Source: an uncultured Solirubrobacterales bacterium (GTDB lineage Bacteria > Actinomycetota > Thermoleophilia > Solirubrobacterales > 70-9). Taken from it: 64,000 bases of DNA. Made by a program: the position numbers and the translations under genes. The stretch spans positions 1,073-65,072 of the forward strand of contig CAWHQR010000010.1 of assembly GCA_963831605.1 (NCBI GenBank). The letters run 5' to 3'. The stretch's first letter is position 1. Every line of letters starts with the position of its first letter. The notes under the pieces were generated by a model. That model was given only the letters and a program-made list of their open reading frames with translations. It made no database searches and was not told the origin of the DNA. This document shows, piece by piece, positions 50,661 to 61,202 of this stretch.

Positions 50661-50823
50661 ATCGAACGTATGTTCGCATCCGAACCGGACGGAATCCCCT
50701 GCAAACCAGGAAGAGCCGGCAACTGCCGACTCGTCTAACTGCGGGCCAGGGACTTGAACCCCGAATTTGCGCTCCAGAGGCGCACGTGTTGCCAATTACA
50801 CCAGCCCGCAAGGCTCCGAAAGC

Positions 50824-52083
50824 CTAGCTTGCTGTGAGCTTTCCGAGGTCGCTGTCGGTGTCCCCGAGCAGTGCCTTCGCCTCGTCACTCGCGACGTCGA
50901 TGCCCTCGGCGAGCATCGTTCGGGCGTGCGCCAGCTCCTCCGAGCGCTCGACCGTCAGCGCCCCCGCCACCTTCCCGTCCTTCAGGTAGAAGACCGCGAA
51001 CTCGCCCGCGTCACGGTCCCCGCGCCAGATCTCCTCGTCCCAATCCGTCGCCGGCCCCACGTACTCGAGCCCGGCCCAATCGGCCAGGTCACTGAAGAAA
51101 TACGGCACCACCTCGTACGGCTTCGCATCGCCCATCATCGACCGTGCCGCGTGCTGGCCCTGCTGCATCGCCACGTCCCAGTGCTCGACCCGCAGCCGCC
51201 GGCCGTGCACGCGACTGTCGTACGAGCAGGAATCTCCAGCCGCGTAGATCCCCTCCACCGAGGTCTGGAGCGTCTCGTCGCAGCGAATTCCGCCGTCGTC
51301 CTCGTCGATCTCGAGCCCGGCCCGCTGAGCCAGCATCACGTCCGGCCTCACGCCCGCGCCGACGACGACCATGTCCCCCTCGATCGTCTTGCCGCTCTCC
51401 GTGACGACGGCCGTGGCGTGGTCATCGCCCTGGAAGGAGGCGAGCGTCTCGCCGCCGTGGATCTCGACCCCCTTCGACTCGAGCAGCTCGTGGAACCAGC
51501 GGCCGGCGTCCTCTCCGAAGGTCCGCGAGAGCGCGACGTCCTCCATCATCACGATCGCGCAGTCCGTCCCCTTCGACGTCAGGGATGCGGCGACCTCACA
51601 CCCGATGTAGCTCCCTCCCACCAGCACCACCCGGTCCGCCCGCTCGGCGTCCGCGCGGATGTTGTCCGAGTTGCCCAGCGCCCGGAGGTAGTGGATGCGG
51701 TCGAGGTTCGCCCCGTCGACCCTCAGAAGATTGACGTTCGCACCCGGGGCCAGCAGCGCCTTCTCGAAGCCCACCTCCTCCCCGCCCTGCAGCTTCACCG
51801 TTCGCGCCTCGGCGTCGAGCGACATCACGTTCGTCCCCGTCCGCAGCTCCACCGAGTTCTCCTCGTACCAGGACACCGGGTTGACGTGGGCGTCCTCGCG
51901 CTTGGACTCACCTCGCAGGTACTCCTTGGAGAGCGGCGGCCGCTCGTACGGCGGCTCCGGCTCGCGCCCGGCCAGCAGGATGTCGCCCTCCGCACCGCCC
52001 TTGCGCAGCTCGGCCGCGCAGTAGCCCGCGGCGAACCCGCCGATCAGCAGATATTCAACCTGCCGAGTTGCCATCCGACCCAA
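50824..52083 (-). CDS. FAD-dependent ferredoxin-reductase/AIF-like oxidoreductase (paralogue of 26296..27552); start 52083 or 52074
   Basis: YLLIGGFAAGYCAAELR, YERPPLSKEYL, VVLVGGSYIGCEVAASL, AAGD. Confidence 0.85.
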   Translation of the reverse strand: MGRMATRQVEYLLIGGFAAGYCAAELRKGGAEGDILLAGREPEPPYERPPLSKEYLRGESKREDAHVNPVSWYEENSVELRTGTNVMSLDAEARTVKLQGGEEVGFEKALLAPGANVNLLRVDGANLDRIHYLRALGNSDNIRADAERADRVVLVGGSYIGCEVAASLTSKGTDCAIVMMEDVALSRTFGEDAGRWFHELLESKGVEIHGGETLASFQGDDHATAVVTESGKTIEGDMVVVGAGVRPDVMLAQRAGLEIDEDDGGIRCDETLQTSVEGIYAAGDSCSYDSRVHGRRLRVEHWDVAMQQGQHAARSMMGDAKPYEVVPYFFSDLADWAGLEYVGPATDWDEEIWRGDRDAGEFAVFYLKDGKVAGALTVERSEELAHARTMLAEGIDVASDEAKALLGDTDSDLGKLTAS

Positions 52084-52750
52084 AGAACGTCTTCAGTTCC
52101 TCTTCGAGCCCCGGGTCGAGCACGGCCAGCACCTCGTCCCCGGCCTCCAGCACCGTATCCGGCGTGGGGACGAACCCGCCCTGGCCCTCGCGCAGGATCG
52201 AGATCAAGAGACTTCCCTCCGGCATGCTGAGGTCGCCGACACGCCTCCCTGCTACCCGGCTGTCGTCCGCGAGCAACATCTCGATGATCTCCAGCCGCTC
52301 CTCAGGCAGGTCGAGCAGGTGCACCAGTCCGTACTCCGGCACCTCGTGCTCCAGCAATCGCAGGATCAGATCGGTGGCCGAGACGTATGGCTTGATCCCC
52401 AGCAGCTCGAAGTGCGGACGGTTCCGGGGGTTGTTCACCCGGGCGATGATCCGGTCGACCAGGTATTTCTCCTTCGCGACCTGGCAGATCAGCATGTTGT
52501 CCTCGTCGTCGCCGGTGACCGCGATCACCATGTCCGCCCGCGAGATCCCGGCCCGCTCCAAAACCCAGAGCTCCGAGGCATCGCCGTACTGGATGTTGTG
52601 CTCAAGCTCCTGCTCGACCGTCGTGTAGCGGTTCCGGTTGTCCTCGATCACGGTCACCTCGTGACCCTTGTCGATGAGCTCACGGGCGAGGTTCCATCCC
52701 ACCTTGCCCGCCCCGGCGATGATGATGTACTTGCCGCTCGCCTCGCCCAT
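52055..52750 (-). CDS. trkA: TrkA-type K+ uptake regulatory protein (RCK N + C domains)
   Basis: IIIAGAGKVGWNLAREL. The TrkA-C part VGDLSMPEGSLLISILREG. ATGA overlap upstream. Confidence 0.85.
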   Translation of the reverse strand: MGEASGKYIIIAGAGKVGWNLARELIDKGHEVTVIEDNRNRYTTVEQELEHNIQYGDASELWVLERAGISRADMVIAVTGDDEDNMLICQVAKEKYLVDRIIARVNNPRNRPHFELLGIKPYVSATDLILRLLEHEVPEYGLVHLLDLPEERLEIIEMLLADDSRVAGRRVGDLSMPEGSLLISILREGQGGFVPTPDTVLEAGDEVLAVLDPGLEEELKTFFGSDGNSAG

Positions 52751-53184
52751 CAGCTGGTCTGGGCCGCCTCGAGGACCTCTTTCTCGAGCATCTCGATGGC
52801 GATGCGGGTCGGGCAGATCGTGTTGACGCCCTGCTTCTCGTACCACTCGGCTCTCAGCGGGTCGAGGATTCGGGCGATCACGGTCGGGACGTTGAACTTC
52901 CTCCTGGCGAGCTGGGCGACGACGATGTTGGTGTTGTCTCCATCGGTCGAGGCGATGAACGCGTCGGCGCGCTCGATGCCGGCCGCCGTCAGAGCCTCCT
53001 CCTCGAGGGCCGTGCCGACGGTGAACTGACCGCCGCTGTCCTCCCAGGAGCGGTCGAGGTTCACCTCGAGGCGCGCGTGCGCCTCGGGATCCTCGTCCAG
53101 GCACGACACCTCGTGCCCCTCGCGCAGCATGCTCCGCGCGACAGAGGACCCAACCCTCCCGCAACCGACGATGAGAACGAACAT
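52750..53184 (-). CDS. trkA: TrkA-N (RCK) domain protein
   Basis: MFVLIVGCGRVGSSVARSM. Confidence 0.85.
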   Translation of the reverse strand: MFVLIVGCGRVGSSVARSMLREGHEVSCLDEDPEAHARLEVNLDRSWEDSGGQFTVGTALEEEALTAAGIERADAFIASTDGDNTNIVVAQLARRKFNVPTVIARILDPLRAEWYEKQGVNTICPTRIAIEMLEKEVLEAAQTS

Positions 53185-53327
53185 TCCGTTCGGATCTTAG
53201 TCCTGCGGGTGCCCGAGCACCCTCGCACCATCCGGGGCAACTACTGAAAAGGGAGGGGTAGTTCTACCCATTGTTAGGAGAGGGGATTCCGAGCAGACTG
53301 GAGGACGCGTGTCAGGGGGCCAATCGG

Positions 53328-54230
53328 ATGGCTATGGACGACACTCAGACCGGGACGGCTGGGAGCCACAACCTCGACGTGGGCAACGCGCTCGACCGCG
53401 GAGAGATCGACGTCCACTTTCAGCCGAAGGTGGATCTGCGCAACGGACGAGTGATCGGGGTCGAGGCTCTCGCTCGCTGGGAGCACTCCGAGTTCGGACT
53501 GCTGCCGGCCGCGGAGTTCATCCACACGATCGAGTCGGACGCCGAGATGAGGTCACTGACCGAGCGCGTGATCGGGATCTCGGCGCAGGCCGGCGGCGAC
53601 TGGTGGCGATCGGGCCTGCACCTGCAGCTGTCCGTGAACCTCCCTGCGATCGCCGTTTCGGCAACCGACTGGGACCTGGCAGCGTTCGTCTCCAGCTCGC
53701 TCTCGACCGCCGGCCTTCCGGGGAAGGCCATCGACTTCGATGTCACCGAGGACGCGCTTCTCCTGGACACGGAGCTCGTCACGAAGCGACTGGCGGCCCT
53801 CATTGAGCTCGGGGGCGGAATCGCCATCGACGACTTCGGGACGGGGTACTTCTCCCTGCGACAGCTGACCGAGCTCCCCATCGGCGAGCTCAAGATCGAC
53901 AGAAGCCTGACCCTCCATCTCGACGATGACGAGTCCAGGATGATCGTCCGGGCGATCATTCATCTCGCCCACCAGATCGGGCTGCCCGTCGTCGCCGAGG
54001 GGGTCGAGACCAAGGATGCCTGGCACCAGCTGCGGAGCATGGGATGCGAGCGGGCTCAGGGTTTCCTGATTTCCCCACCGATCCCATCACGCGAGGTGCC
54101 CGCCTGGCTCGCAAGCTGGAACCAGCAGGCCCGGGAACTCAGCTCCACCAGCCGAATCAAGCGCCGGCGCAGAATCACCAGGAAGCCGGGGACCGCGCCG
54201 GCCGAAGCGCCGGCCAAAGCCCCGGCCTAG
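53328..54230 (+). CDS. EAL-domain c-di-GMP phosphodiesterase (stand-alone)
   Basis: FQPKV...EALARW, VNLP, DVTE, AIDDFGTGY, KIDRS, EGVE, QGF. Confidence 0.85.
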   Translation: MAMDDTQTGTAGSHNLDVGNALDRGEIDVHFQPKVDLRNGRVIGVEALARWEHSEFGLLPAAEFIHTIESDAEMRSLTERVIGISAQAGGDWWRSGLHLQLSVNLPAIAVSATDWDLAAFVSSSLSTAGLPGKAIDFDVTEDALLLDTELVTKRLAALIELGGGIAIDDFGTGYFSLRQLTELPIGELKIDRSLTLHLDDDESRMIVRAIIHLAHQIGLPVVAEGVETKDAWHQLRSMGCERAQGFLISPPIPSREVPAWLASWNQQARELSSTSRIKRRRRITRKPGTAPAEAPAKAPA

Positions 54231-54257
54231 CGGTCACCGGGCCGCTCTCTTGGGGGG

Positions 54258-56171
54258 TCACTCCTCGGGCGGCGCCGTCAGGAGCACGCGGCACGGCGCC
54301 CTCTTCAGCACGTACTCGGTCACCTCGCCGATCTCATCAGGCCGCGCTCCTCCGATGCCCCCGAGCACCGCGCCTCCCCGGATCCTCGTCGGCGGCTCGC
54401 CGCCCATGACGATCACCTCGACGTCCTTGTCCCTTGCTTCATCGACGATTCCCGATCCGATCGAGCGCGCCGGAACCAATTTCGTCGTGACCTCGACGTT
54501 CTCGTACTCGCCCCCCACCTCGCGTGCCCGTTCGAGCGCGGTCTCGCCCCCCGCGCGAATCTCCTTGGGCAAGGGTGCGTCGAGGGGGACGGTGAGCGGC
54601 AGCTCCGCGACGTAGACGATCTCGAGCCGGGGAGGACGCCCCCCCTTCCCCACCTCGGCGTCAGCGAGGCGGCCGGCCGTGCTGACGATGTCATCGTCGA
54701 GACCGGTGCCGAAGACCGGGACGAGGATCGTCGAGAACTCGACCTCGGTCGGCTGCTTCTTGAGCGAAGCCTCCGGAACCTGCACCCGCCTGGTCAGCGG
54801 CGTGCCCTCCACGTAGCGCCGGTAGATCACGTAGAAGACGAGCCCGAACAGCATCCAGCCGCCGCCGACGTAGACGGCCGTGCGGTGCAGCAGGAAGACG
54901 GATATCCAAGCCAGCCCGCTGATCAGGGCGCCCGCGATCGCGGGCAGGGGCAGCTCGTGGGAGCCGATTCGGACGTTCCACGGCACCCGGTAGGGCCGCT
55001 CCAGATCGGGTTCGATCACCCGTAATCGGACGATCGAAACCTGGGCGATCGTGACCGCGAGCAGCGCGCCGAACGCGTAGACGCGCGCCAGGAAGCGGAT
55101 ATCGCCTGGTATCGCGAGCGCCAGCGCGAGCAGGGCGGCGATGATGATCGCGATGTACGGCGTCGAGTAGTTCTTCTCGAGCTTGCCGGCCCAGCTCGGG
55201 ATCTGGCGGTTGGTCGCCAGCACGTAGACGTGCCTCGAGAGACCCAGCATCGCGGTGTTCGCCGCCCAGAAGAGGACGGGCACGGCGACCAGCATCACCG
55301 CCCACTTCATGACGTCGGCAAGCCAGGCCGGGTTGTAGTTCGCGACCACCCCCAGGATCGGCTCCTCGATGTACTTGCCCGCGAGCGCGGTCTCCGGGCC
55401 GTGCGGACCGGTCACGACAGGGACCGCCATGAGAGCCACGGCCGCGATACCGGCATAGATCAGGGGAATCGCCACCGCGCCCACGCCCAACACGCGCTTC
55501 AGGTCAGCCGGCTCGAATTCGAGATCCGGCGCGAGATCGCTCGCCGCTTCGATGCCCGCGTACGCGATCGTCGCGATCACCAGCGAGTAGACGATGTCCT
55601 TGACGCTCGGGGATGTGAAGAGATCGAGGTGGGCTGTGAGCCGGTCCGGGTGAAGCACGACGATCAGCCCGACGACGATCACCAGCAGCTGCAGCCCGAG
55701 CTCGGCCAGCGCCAGCACAACGAGGCGGAACTGCCGGTTTCGCCCGGTGACATCGGCGATGTTGAGGATGGCGGCGAGGCCGATGACGACGATCGCCACG
55801 GCGAGCTCGACATCTCCGCCGCCGAACCGGCCGGAGATCGGCGTCAGGTAGTGGGAGACCGTGATCGACGCCGCAGCGATCACGATCAGGTAATCGATCA
55901 GGATCGCCCAGCCCGCGATGAAGCTGATCAGCTCGTTGAAGGCGTGCCGGGCGAAGGTGGCGGACCCGCCTCGCTGCCGCAGCATCGCTCCGCCCTCCAC
56001 GTAGGAGAGCGAGGTGACGGCGAACATCAACCCGGCCGCCAGGAAGATCAGCGGAGTCAGCCCCAGCCCGCGATCGGCAACCACGCCGACCGAGAAGTAG
56101 ATCGAGAACCCGACGGCGGACGACGCGGCCGCATACAGGAACGGAACGCCCAGCAGGCGCTTCGTCCTCAT
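54258..56171 (-). CDS. APC-family amino-acid permease fused to a C-terminal universal stress protein domain
   Basis: 12-TM APC core, then a Usp-like tail (ILVPVFG...VIVMGG...VTEYVLKRAPCRVLL). Confidence 0.85.
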   Translation of the reverse strand: MRTKRLLGVPFLYAAASSAVGFSIYFSVGVVADRGLGLTPLIFLAAGLMFAVTSLSYVEGGAMLRQRGGSATFARHAFNELISFIAGWAILIDYLIVIAAASITVSHYLTPISGRFGGGDVELAVAIVVIGLAAILNIADVTGRNRQFRLVVLALAELGLQLLVIVVGLIVVLHPDRLTAHLDLFTSPSVKDIVYSLVIATIAYAGIEAASDLAPDLEFEPADLKRVLGVGAVAIPLIYAGIAAVALMAVPVVTGPHGPETALAGKYIEEPILGVVANYNPAWLADVMKWAVMLVAVPVLFWAANTAMLGLSRHVYVLATNRQIPSWAGKLEKNYSTPYIAIIIAALLALALAIPGDIRFLARVYAFGALLAVTIAQVSIVRLRVIEPDLERPYRVPWNVRIGSHELPLPAIAGALISGLAWISVFLLHRTAVYVGGGWMLFGLVFYVIYRRYVEGTPLTRRVQVPEASLKKQPTEVEFSTILVPVFGTGLDDDIVSTAGRLADAEVGKGGRPPRLEIVYVAELPLTVPLDAPLPKEIRAGGETALERAREVGGEYENVEVTTKLVPARSIGSGIVDEARDKDVEVIVMGGEPPTRIRGGAVLGGIGGARPDEIGEVTEYVLKRAPCRVLLTAPPEE

Positions 56172-56184
56172 CTCCCCAGCTCCC

Positions 56185-56388
56185 TCATCCGCGCATCGAC
56201 AGGTACAGCCTCCCGGAGCCGAGGGCGATGAAGAGCAGTCCGAACAGGAATCCGACGGCGAGCGGTCCCCCACCGCGCGCCAGCGTCAGCACCAGCATGA
56301 GGATGCCGAACCCGATGATGACCACCGAGAACGTGCGGACCGCAAGCTGGTAGCCCTCATCCGGCGAGGGACGCCGACGCTGATTCAC
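56185..56388 (-). CDS. Hypothetical small membrane protein (67 aa, GTG start)
   Basis: Two TM helices (FSVVIIGFGILMLVLTLA, VGFLFGLLFIALG). Between hppA and the permease. Confidence 0.35.
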   Translation of the reverse strand: MNQRRRPSPDEGYQLAVRTFSVVIIGFGILMLVLTLARGGGPLAVGFLFGLLFIALGSGRLYLSMRG

Positions 56389-56423
56389 GCCCCCATTAAA
56401 CGGGTTGCGCCGGGGGGCGGCGA

Positions 56424-58508
56424 TCAGCCGGGCAGTCCCCCGATGATCGGGATGATCAGGATGGCCACGATGTTCGCCACCTTGATCATGGGGTTGATCG
56501 CCGGACCGGCCGTGTCCTTGTAGGGATCGCCCACCGTGTCTCCGGTGACCGCGGCCGCATGGGCCTCCGAGCCCTTGCCGCCGAACTCCCCGTCCTCGAT
56601 CAGCTTCTTGGCGTTGTCCCAAGCCCCGCCTCCAGCGGTCATCGAGATCGCCATGAAGATGCCGACGACGATCACCCCGATCAGCAGGCCTCCGAGCGCC
56701 TGGTAGGAGATCAGCCCGACGAGCAGCGTCACCACGATCGGGATCAGCGAGGGCAGGATCATCTCCTTCTGGGCCGCAGCGGTGACCAGGGCCACCGCGC
56801 GCCCGTACTCGGGTTTGTCCTCGCCCTTCATGATCCCCGGCTTCTCGCGGAACTGACGGCGGACCTCCTCGACCACCTGGCTGGCGGCGCGGCCCACGGC
56901 CTCGATCGCCAGAGAGGCGAACATGTAGACCATGATCCCGCCGATCAGCAGCCCGATGAGCACGGGCGGATCGGAGATCTGGAAGCTCAGCGCGTGGCCG
57001 CCCGCCTCCGTCTGGAGCTCATGCGTGAAGGCGTCGAAGAGCACCAGCGCGGCGAGCGCGGCCGAGCCGATCGCATAGCCCTTGGTGACGGCCTTCGTGG
57101 TGTTCCCGACCGCGTCGAGCGGGTCGGTGATGTCGCGAACGTCCTGGGGCAGGTCCGCCATCTCCGCGATCCCGCCCGCGTTGTCGGTGATCGGGCCGAA
57201 CGCGTCCAGGGCGACGATCAGCCCGGTCAGCGAGAGCTGCGCCATCACCGCGACGCCGATGCCGTAGATGCCGGCGGTGCCACCTCCGGCAAGCTTCCAG
57301 GAGCCGAGGATCGCGAAGGCGATCACCAGCACGGGCAGCGCCGTCGACTGCAGGCCCTGCGCGAGTCCCTGGATGATGTTGGTCGCATGACCGGTCTCGG
57401 ACGCCTTCGAGATCGTCCGCACGGGCCGGAAACGGGTCGACGTGTAGTAGTCCGTGAGGACGAAGAGCAGCGCGGTGACGCCGACTCCGATCAGGCCGCA
57501 GAGCCACAGGTCGGTGACGCTCGTGTTGCCGAGGGCGTTGCCGCCCAGCGGGTCGTTCATCAGCCACTTGGTGATCGGGTAGAAGGCCGCCGCCGAGAGC
57601 ACCGCCGAGACGGCGAGACCTCGATACAGCGCTGCCTCCACGTTCCCGGTCCGTGTGCGCACCGAGAGAGCACCGATGATCGAGGCGATGATCGCCACAG
57701 CGCCGATCGCGAGCGGGTAGATGGCCACCTCGCGGGTGAACCCGGTGAAGGTGATCACGCCGAGCAGCATCACGGCCACGGCGGTCACCGCGTAGGTCTC
57801 GAAGAGGTCCGCGGCCATACCGGCGCAGTCGCCGACGTTGTCGCCGACGTTGTCGGCGATCACTGCGGGGTTGCGCGGGTCGTCCTCCGGAATGCCTGCC
57901 TCGATCTTGCCGACGAGGTCCGCCCCGACGTCGGCGGCCTTGGTGAAGATGCCGCCGCCGAGTCGCGCGAAGACGGAGATCAGCGAGCCGCCGAAGCCGA
58001 GCCCCACGAGTGCGTCGACGCACTCCTTGTCACTCAGGTCCGTGAAGATGAGCAGGGCGCCGAAGTAACCGGCGACGCCGAGCAGCGCGAGCCCGACCAC
58101 CAGCAGTCCCGTAACGGAGCCGCCCTTGAAGGCGATGTCGAGCGCGGGTGGAATGCCGCCGCGCGCCGCCTCGGCCACCCGCGAATTGGCTCTGACGGAG
58201 AGGTTCATCCCGATGAAGCCGGCCGAACCGGAGAGGATGCCGCCGATCACGAATCCGATCGCCGTCTCCACGTTCTGCAGCGGGATCAGCAGGATCGCGA
58301 CGATCACGCCGACGCCGGCGATGATCGTGTACTGCCGCCGCAGGTAGGCGCTGGCACCCTCCTGAACCGCCCCGGAGATCTCCTGCATCGCCTCGTTGCC
58401 GGGCGACTTGGCCAGCAGGCGCTGCGTGATGAGCAGGCCGTACACCACGGCGGCGGCCGCGCAACCGAGCGCGACGACGATTCCGTAATCGGTCAAAAAC
58501 TTTGTCAA
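56424..58508 (-). CDS. hppA: Membrane-bound proton/sodium-translocating pyrophosphatase
   Basis: [34 protein letters not shown]. 694 aa. Confidence 0.95.
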   Translation of the reverse strand: MTKFLTDYGIVVALGCAAAAVVYGLLITQRLLAKSPGNEAMQEISGAVQEGASAYLRRQYTIIAGVGVIVAILLIPLQNVETAIGFVIGGILSGSAGFIGMNLSVRANSRVAEAARGGIPPALDIAFKGGSVTGLLVVGLALLGVAGYFGALLIFTDLSDKECVDALVGLGFGGSLISVFARLGGGIFTKAADVGADLVGKIEAGIPEDDPRNPAVIADNVGDNVGDCAGMAADLFETYAVTAVAVMLLGVITFTGFTREVAIYPLAIGAVAIIASIIGALSVRTRTGNVEAALYRGLAVSAVLSAAAFYPITKWLMNDPLGGNALGNTSVTDLWLCGLIGVGVTALLFVLTDYYTSTRFRPVRTISKASETGHATNIIQGLAQGLQSTALPVLVIAFAILGSWKLAGGGTAGIYGIGVAVMAQLSLTGLIVALDAFGPITDNAGGIAEMADLPQDVRDITDPLDAVGNTTKAVTKGYAIGSAALAALVLFDAFTHELQTEAGGHALSFQISDPPVLIGLLIGGIMVYMFASLAIEAVGRAASQVVEEVRRQFREKPGIMKGEDKPEYGRAVALVTAAAQKEMILPSLIPIVVTLLVGLISYQALGGLLIGVIVVGIFMAISMTAGGGAWDNAKKLIEDGEFGGKGSEAHAAAVTGDTVGDPYKDTAGPAINPMIKVANIVAILIIPIIGGLPG

Positions 58509-58592
58509 GGGGATAGCTCCTGCGTCGGGTTCGAAGAAATGCCGCTCGTAAAAAGCGGCGCGGCAGTGTACTTGTTACGCCGGGTACTCGGC

Positions 58593-59009
58593 TTAGCCCG
58601 GGGTCCAGAGCCCCGAGTCCCCCTTTGGAGGCTCGGGGCCGGAGCTCTCGCCCTCGCCACCGTCGCCCTGGTCTGACGGCGCTCCCTCTCCGGCGTGGGT
58701 GGCGTAGAGAACCTGAAGTTCCGAGATCGCCTGGCGGAGCTGTGCCTGGGCGTCGGGCTTGACCAGGCCCACGAGCGCCTGGGCGGCGTCGATTCCGACC
58801 TTGGCCTGGGCCAGATCGCGCTCGTCGTCCTTCGCAATCCGCCGCGCCGAGAGATTGAGGATGCTGACCACGCTCTGCAGCACGACGTCCTCGACCCTGA
58901 CCTTGCGGATCTCCTCCTCCAACTGGGCGCGGACCTCCTCCTCGGTCGGCTGCCCGGGCTGCTGCTCGACGGGCTGCTGCTCTGAACCCTGCTGCTCTTC
59001 ATCTGCCAC
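58593..59009 (-). CDS. DUF1844-like protein
   Basis: GTG 59009 with GGAGGGAG upstream. VVLQSVVSILNLSARRI...DLAQAKVGIDAAQALVGLV. Confidence 0.55.
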   Translation of the reverse strand: MADEEQQGSEQQPVEQQPGQPTEEEVRAQLEEEIRKVRVEDVVLQSVVSILNLSARRIAKDDERDLAQAKVGIDAAQALVGLVKPDAQAQLRQAISELQVLYATHAGEGAPSDQGDGGEGESSGPEPPKGDSGLWTPG

Positions 59010-60213
59010 TGACGGCTCCCTCCGGTGCGTAGGTCTTACGAGTCTCCTCGACGGAACGACGATAGATCTCCTCGATCGGTGCGCCCTCGGCGAAGCGGGC
59101 GTAGGCCCGCTGGGCACCGTTCTGCTCCAGGAGGTCGACCTGGAGCCCGAGCGCCTGCCGGGCGGGCTCCGTCCATTCGACCAGATCCTCGAGGATGGCT
59201 CTGGTCGGGACCAGGCGGCCCTCGCGGAAGTCGATCATCTCGCCGTCCATCCCGTAGCGGATCGCCCGCCAGAGGTTCTCCTCGATCTCGCGCTGCGCGA
59301 CGCCGAGACGGCCGCAGAAGCCGGCGGCGCTCTCCGGGGTGACCCCGGCATCGAGATCCGCCGCCGTCTGGGCGACGCAGGCGGTGATCAGCGCGGCGAG
59401 GTTGAGCGACTCGTCGCCTCGCGTCTGGGCGTCGCAGATACGGACCTCGACGGTGCCGAAGGAATGGTGCGGGCGGACGCTCCACCAGAGCTGGGTCGCC
59501 TCCACGATCGAGTTCGTTTCCTCGAGCAGCCGCACGAAATCCGCATAGGTCGCCCAGTCCCCGAACGGCTCGTGGACGCCGCAGCGGGGAAAGGTGCGCG
59601 TGAAGATCTCGGTTCTGACCGAGTGCAGCCCCGTGTCGCGATGATCGAGGAACGGCGAGTTCGCTGAGAGGGCGAGCAGCGGCGGCAGGAGCTCCCGCAT
59701 CCGGTCCGAGACGCGAACCGCGCGGTCGGGCCCCTCGATGCCGACGTGGACGTGGAGGCTCCAGGTGTTGTTCCGCTGTGCGACCCAGCGCAGGTCCCCC
59801 TCCAGCCGCCGGTAGTGCTCGGTCTGAATGATGTGCTGGTCGAGATAGTTGGCCCACGGGTGGGTCCCCATCGCGGCCAGGGCCAGTCCCATCTCGTCGG
59901 CGATGGCGAAGAGGCGCGTGCGCCTCGCCTGCTGGCGCTCGGCTGCGTCGCCGAAGGTCTCGCCGCGGCCCGAGCGAATCTCGATCTCGGTGTCGATCAG
60001 CTCGCCCTTGACGGCATGGGTCAGCTCCGGATCCCGCAGGCAGGCCGCCTGCATCTCCTCGAAGCGGTGCTCGAGGTCGAGAACCGCGGGATCGAGGATC
60101 GCGAACTCCTCCTCGATCCCGACCGTGAAGTCGGTCGAGGCCTCGAAGGTCTCGTGGACCGCATCGAGGTCCAGCCCGTCGTGATTTGGATCGGGATCGG
60201 TGGTCACCGGCAA
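58999..60213 (-). CDS. Carboxylate-amine ligase, GCS2/YbdK family
   Basis: FTVGIEEEFAILDP, LHVHVG. 404 aa. Confidence 0.85.
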   Translation of the reverse strand: MPVTTDPDPNHDGLDLDAVHETFEASTDFTVGIEEEFAILDPAVLDLEHRFEEMQAACLRDPELTHAVKGELIDTEIEIRSGRGETFGDAAERQQARRTRLFAIADEMGLALAAMGTHPWANYLDQHIIQTEHYRRLEGDLRWVAQRNNTWSLHVHVGIEGPDRAVRVSDRMRELLPPLLALSANSPFLDHRDTGLHSVRTEIFTRTFPRCGVHEPFGDWATYADFVRLLEETNSIVEATQLWWSVRPHHSFGTVEVRICDAQTRGDESLNLAALITACVAQTAADLDAGVTPESAAGFCGRLGVAQREIEENLWRAIRYGMDGEMIDFREGRLVPTRAILEDLVEWTEPARQALGLQVDLLEQNGAQRAYARFAEGAPIEEIYRRSVEETRKTYAPEGAVSGR

Positions 60214-60219
60214 CCCGGA

Positions 60220-60894
60220 CTAGGCCAGGTAGAAGTAGAGGGCGTAGAGCAGGTCCACTGCGGGACTCGAGGTGTGCACGGTGACGTCCGGAGGCACCTG
60301 GAGCAGGCGCTCGGAGTAGTTGAAGATGATCTTGACGCCGGACTTGACCAGCCGGTCAGCGACCTCCTGAGCCGCGTCTGATGGGACGGCGAGCACACCG
60401 ACGACCACCTGCTCGCCCTCGACCACGGCGTCGATGTCGTCGAAGGACCGGACCTCGAGACCGCCCACCCGCCGGCCGATCACGGCTGGATCGACGTCGA
60501 ACATGGCCACGATCTGGAAGCCATGGTCGGCGAAGATGTCCGAGCTCGCAATGGCCTGTCCGAGATGGCCGGCGCCGAACAGGGCGATGTTGTGCTGGCC
60601 CGCGGTCCGGAGGATCTTGCGGATCTCCGAGACCAGTGAGTCGACGTTGTAGCCCACCCCCCGCTTGCCGAACTTGCCGAAGCCGGACAGGTCCCGCCGG
60701 ATCTGGGTCGAGTTGATGTGGGTGTAGTCCGAGAGCTCCTGCGAGGAGATCGTGTCCTTGCCCATCTTCCGCGCCTGCGTGAGCACCTGTAGATAGCGCG
60801 AGAGCCGTGCGGCGACCCCGAGCGAGAGACGATCCCCGTCCGTGAGCTCCGAGGGCTGCTGCTCGGCGGCCTCGGCCGCGACGTCCTCGATCAT
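60220..60894 (-). CDS. rex: Redox-sensing repressor Rex
   Basis: RLSRYLQVL, ISSQEL, RRDLSGFGKFGKRGVGYNV, Rossmann FGAGHLGQA. Confidence 0.9.
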   Translation of the reverse strand: MIEDVAAEAAEQQPSELTDGDRLSLGVAARLSRYLQVLTQARKMGKDTISSQELSDYTHINSTQIRRDLSGFGKFGKRGVGYNVDSLVSEIRKILRTAGQHNIALFGAGHLGQAIASSDIFADHGFQIVAMFDVDPAVIGRRVGGLEVRSFDDIDAVVEGEQVVVGVLAVPSDAAQEVADRLVKSGVKIIFNYSERLLQVPPDVTVHTSSPAVDLLYALYFYLA

Positions 60895-61202
60895 GCGGAC
60901 AAGGTATCGAGACCTACACCGCAGGCTCTGCCGACTCATCCTCGGCGTCGCCAGGCAAGGTGAGTTCAGCTGAGTTTTTGTCAGTTCTGCTCAGATTGGT
61001 GCCAGATTTGGTGCCAAACGCTCGCTCCGCCGGCATGGCCCATCCACTCCTGGAGGGTCCGTGGCGGCTCCAAGCCCGGAGTCGCCTTCGTAGACGTTCG
61101 GCATTGACTTGCCTTTCCGGCGGCAGATCGGATTTCAGGTCGCGCCGCGTCGGTCTGCTTGCGGTGTGGTGCCCACCGGGGGCAAGCTCGGAGCGGGAGC
61201 CG

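Noticed and set aside
60995-61018. Direct repeat attggtgcca-gatttggtgcca. On the minus strand it reads TGGCACCAAATCTGGCACCAAT, reminiscent of a sigma-54 -24 element.
   Set aside because: There is no TTGC -12 element at the right spacing and no sigma-54 activator nearby. The lineage is not known to me to use sigma-54. It may still be a regulator site upstream of rex.
60895-61200. Looked for a Rex operator (TGTGAA-N6-TTCACA) upstream of rex and of neighbouring redox genes.
   Set aside because: No convincing match was seen by eye.
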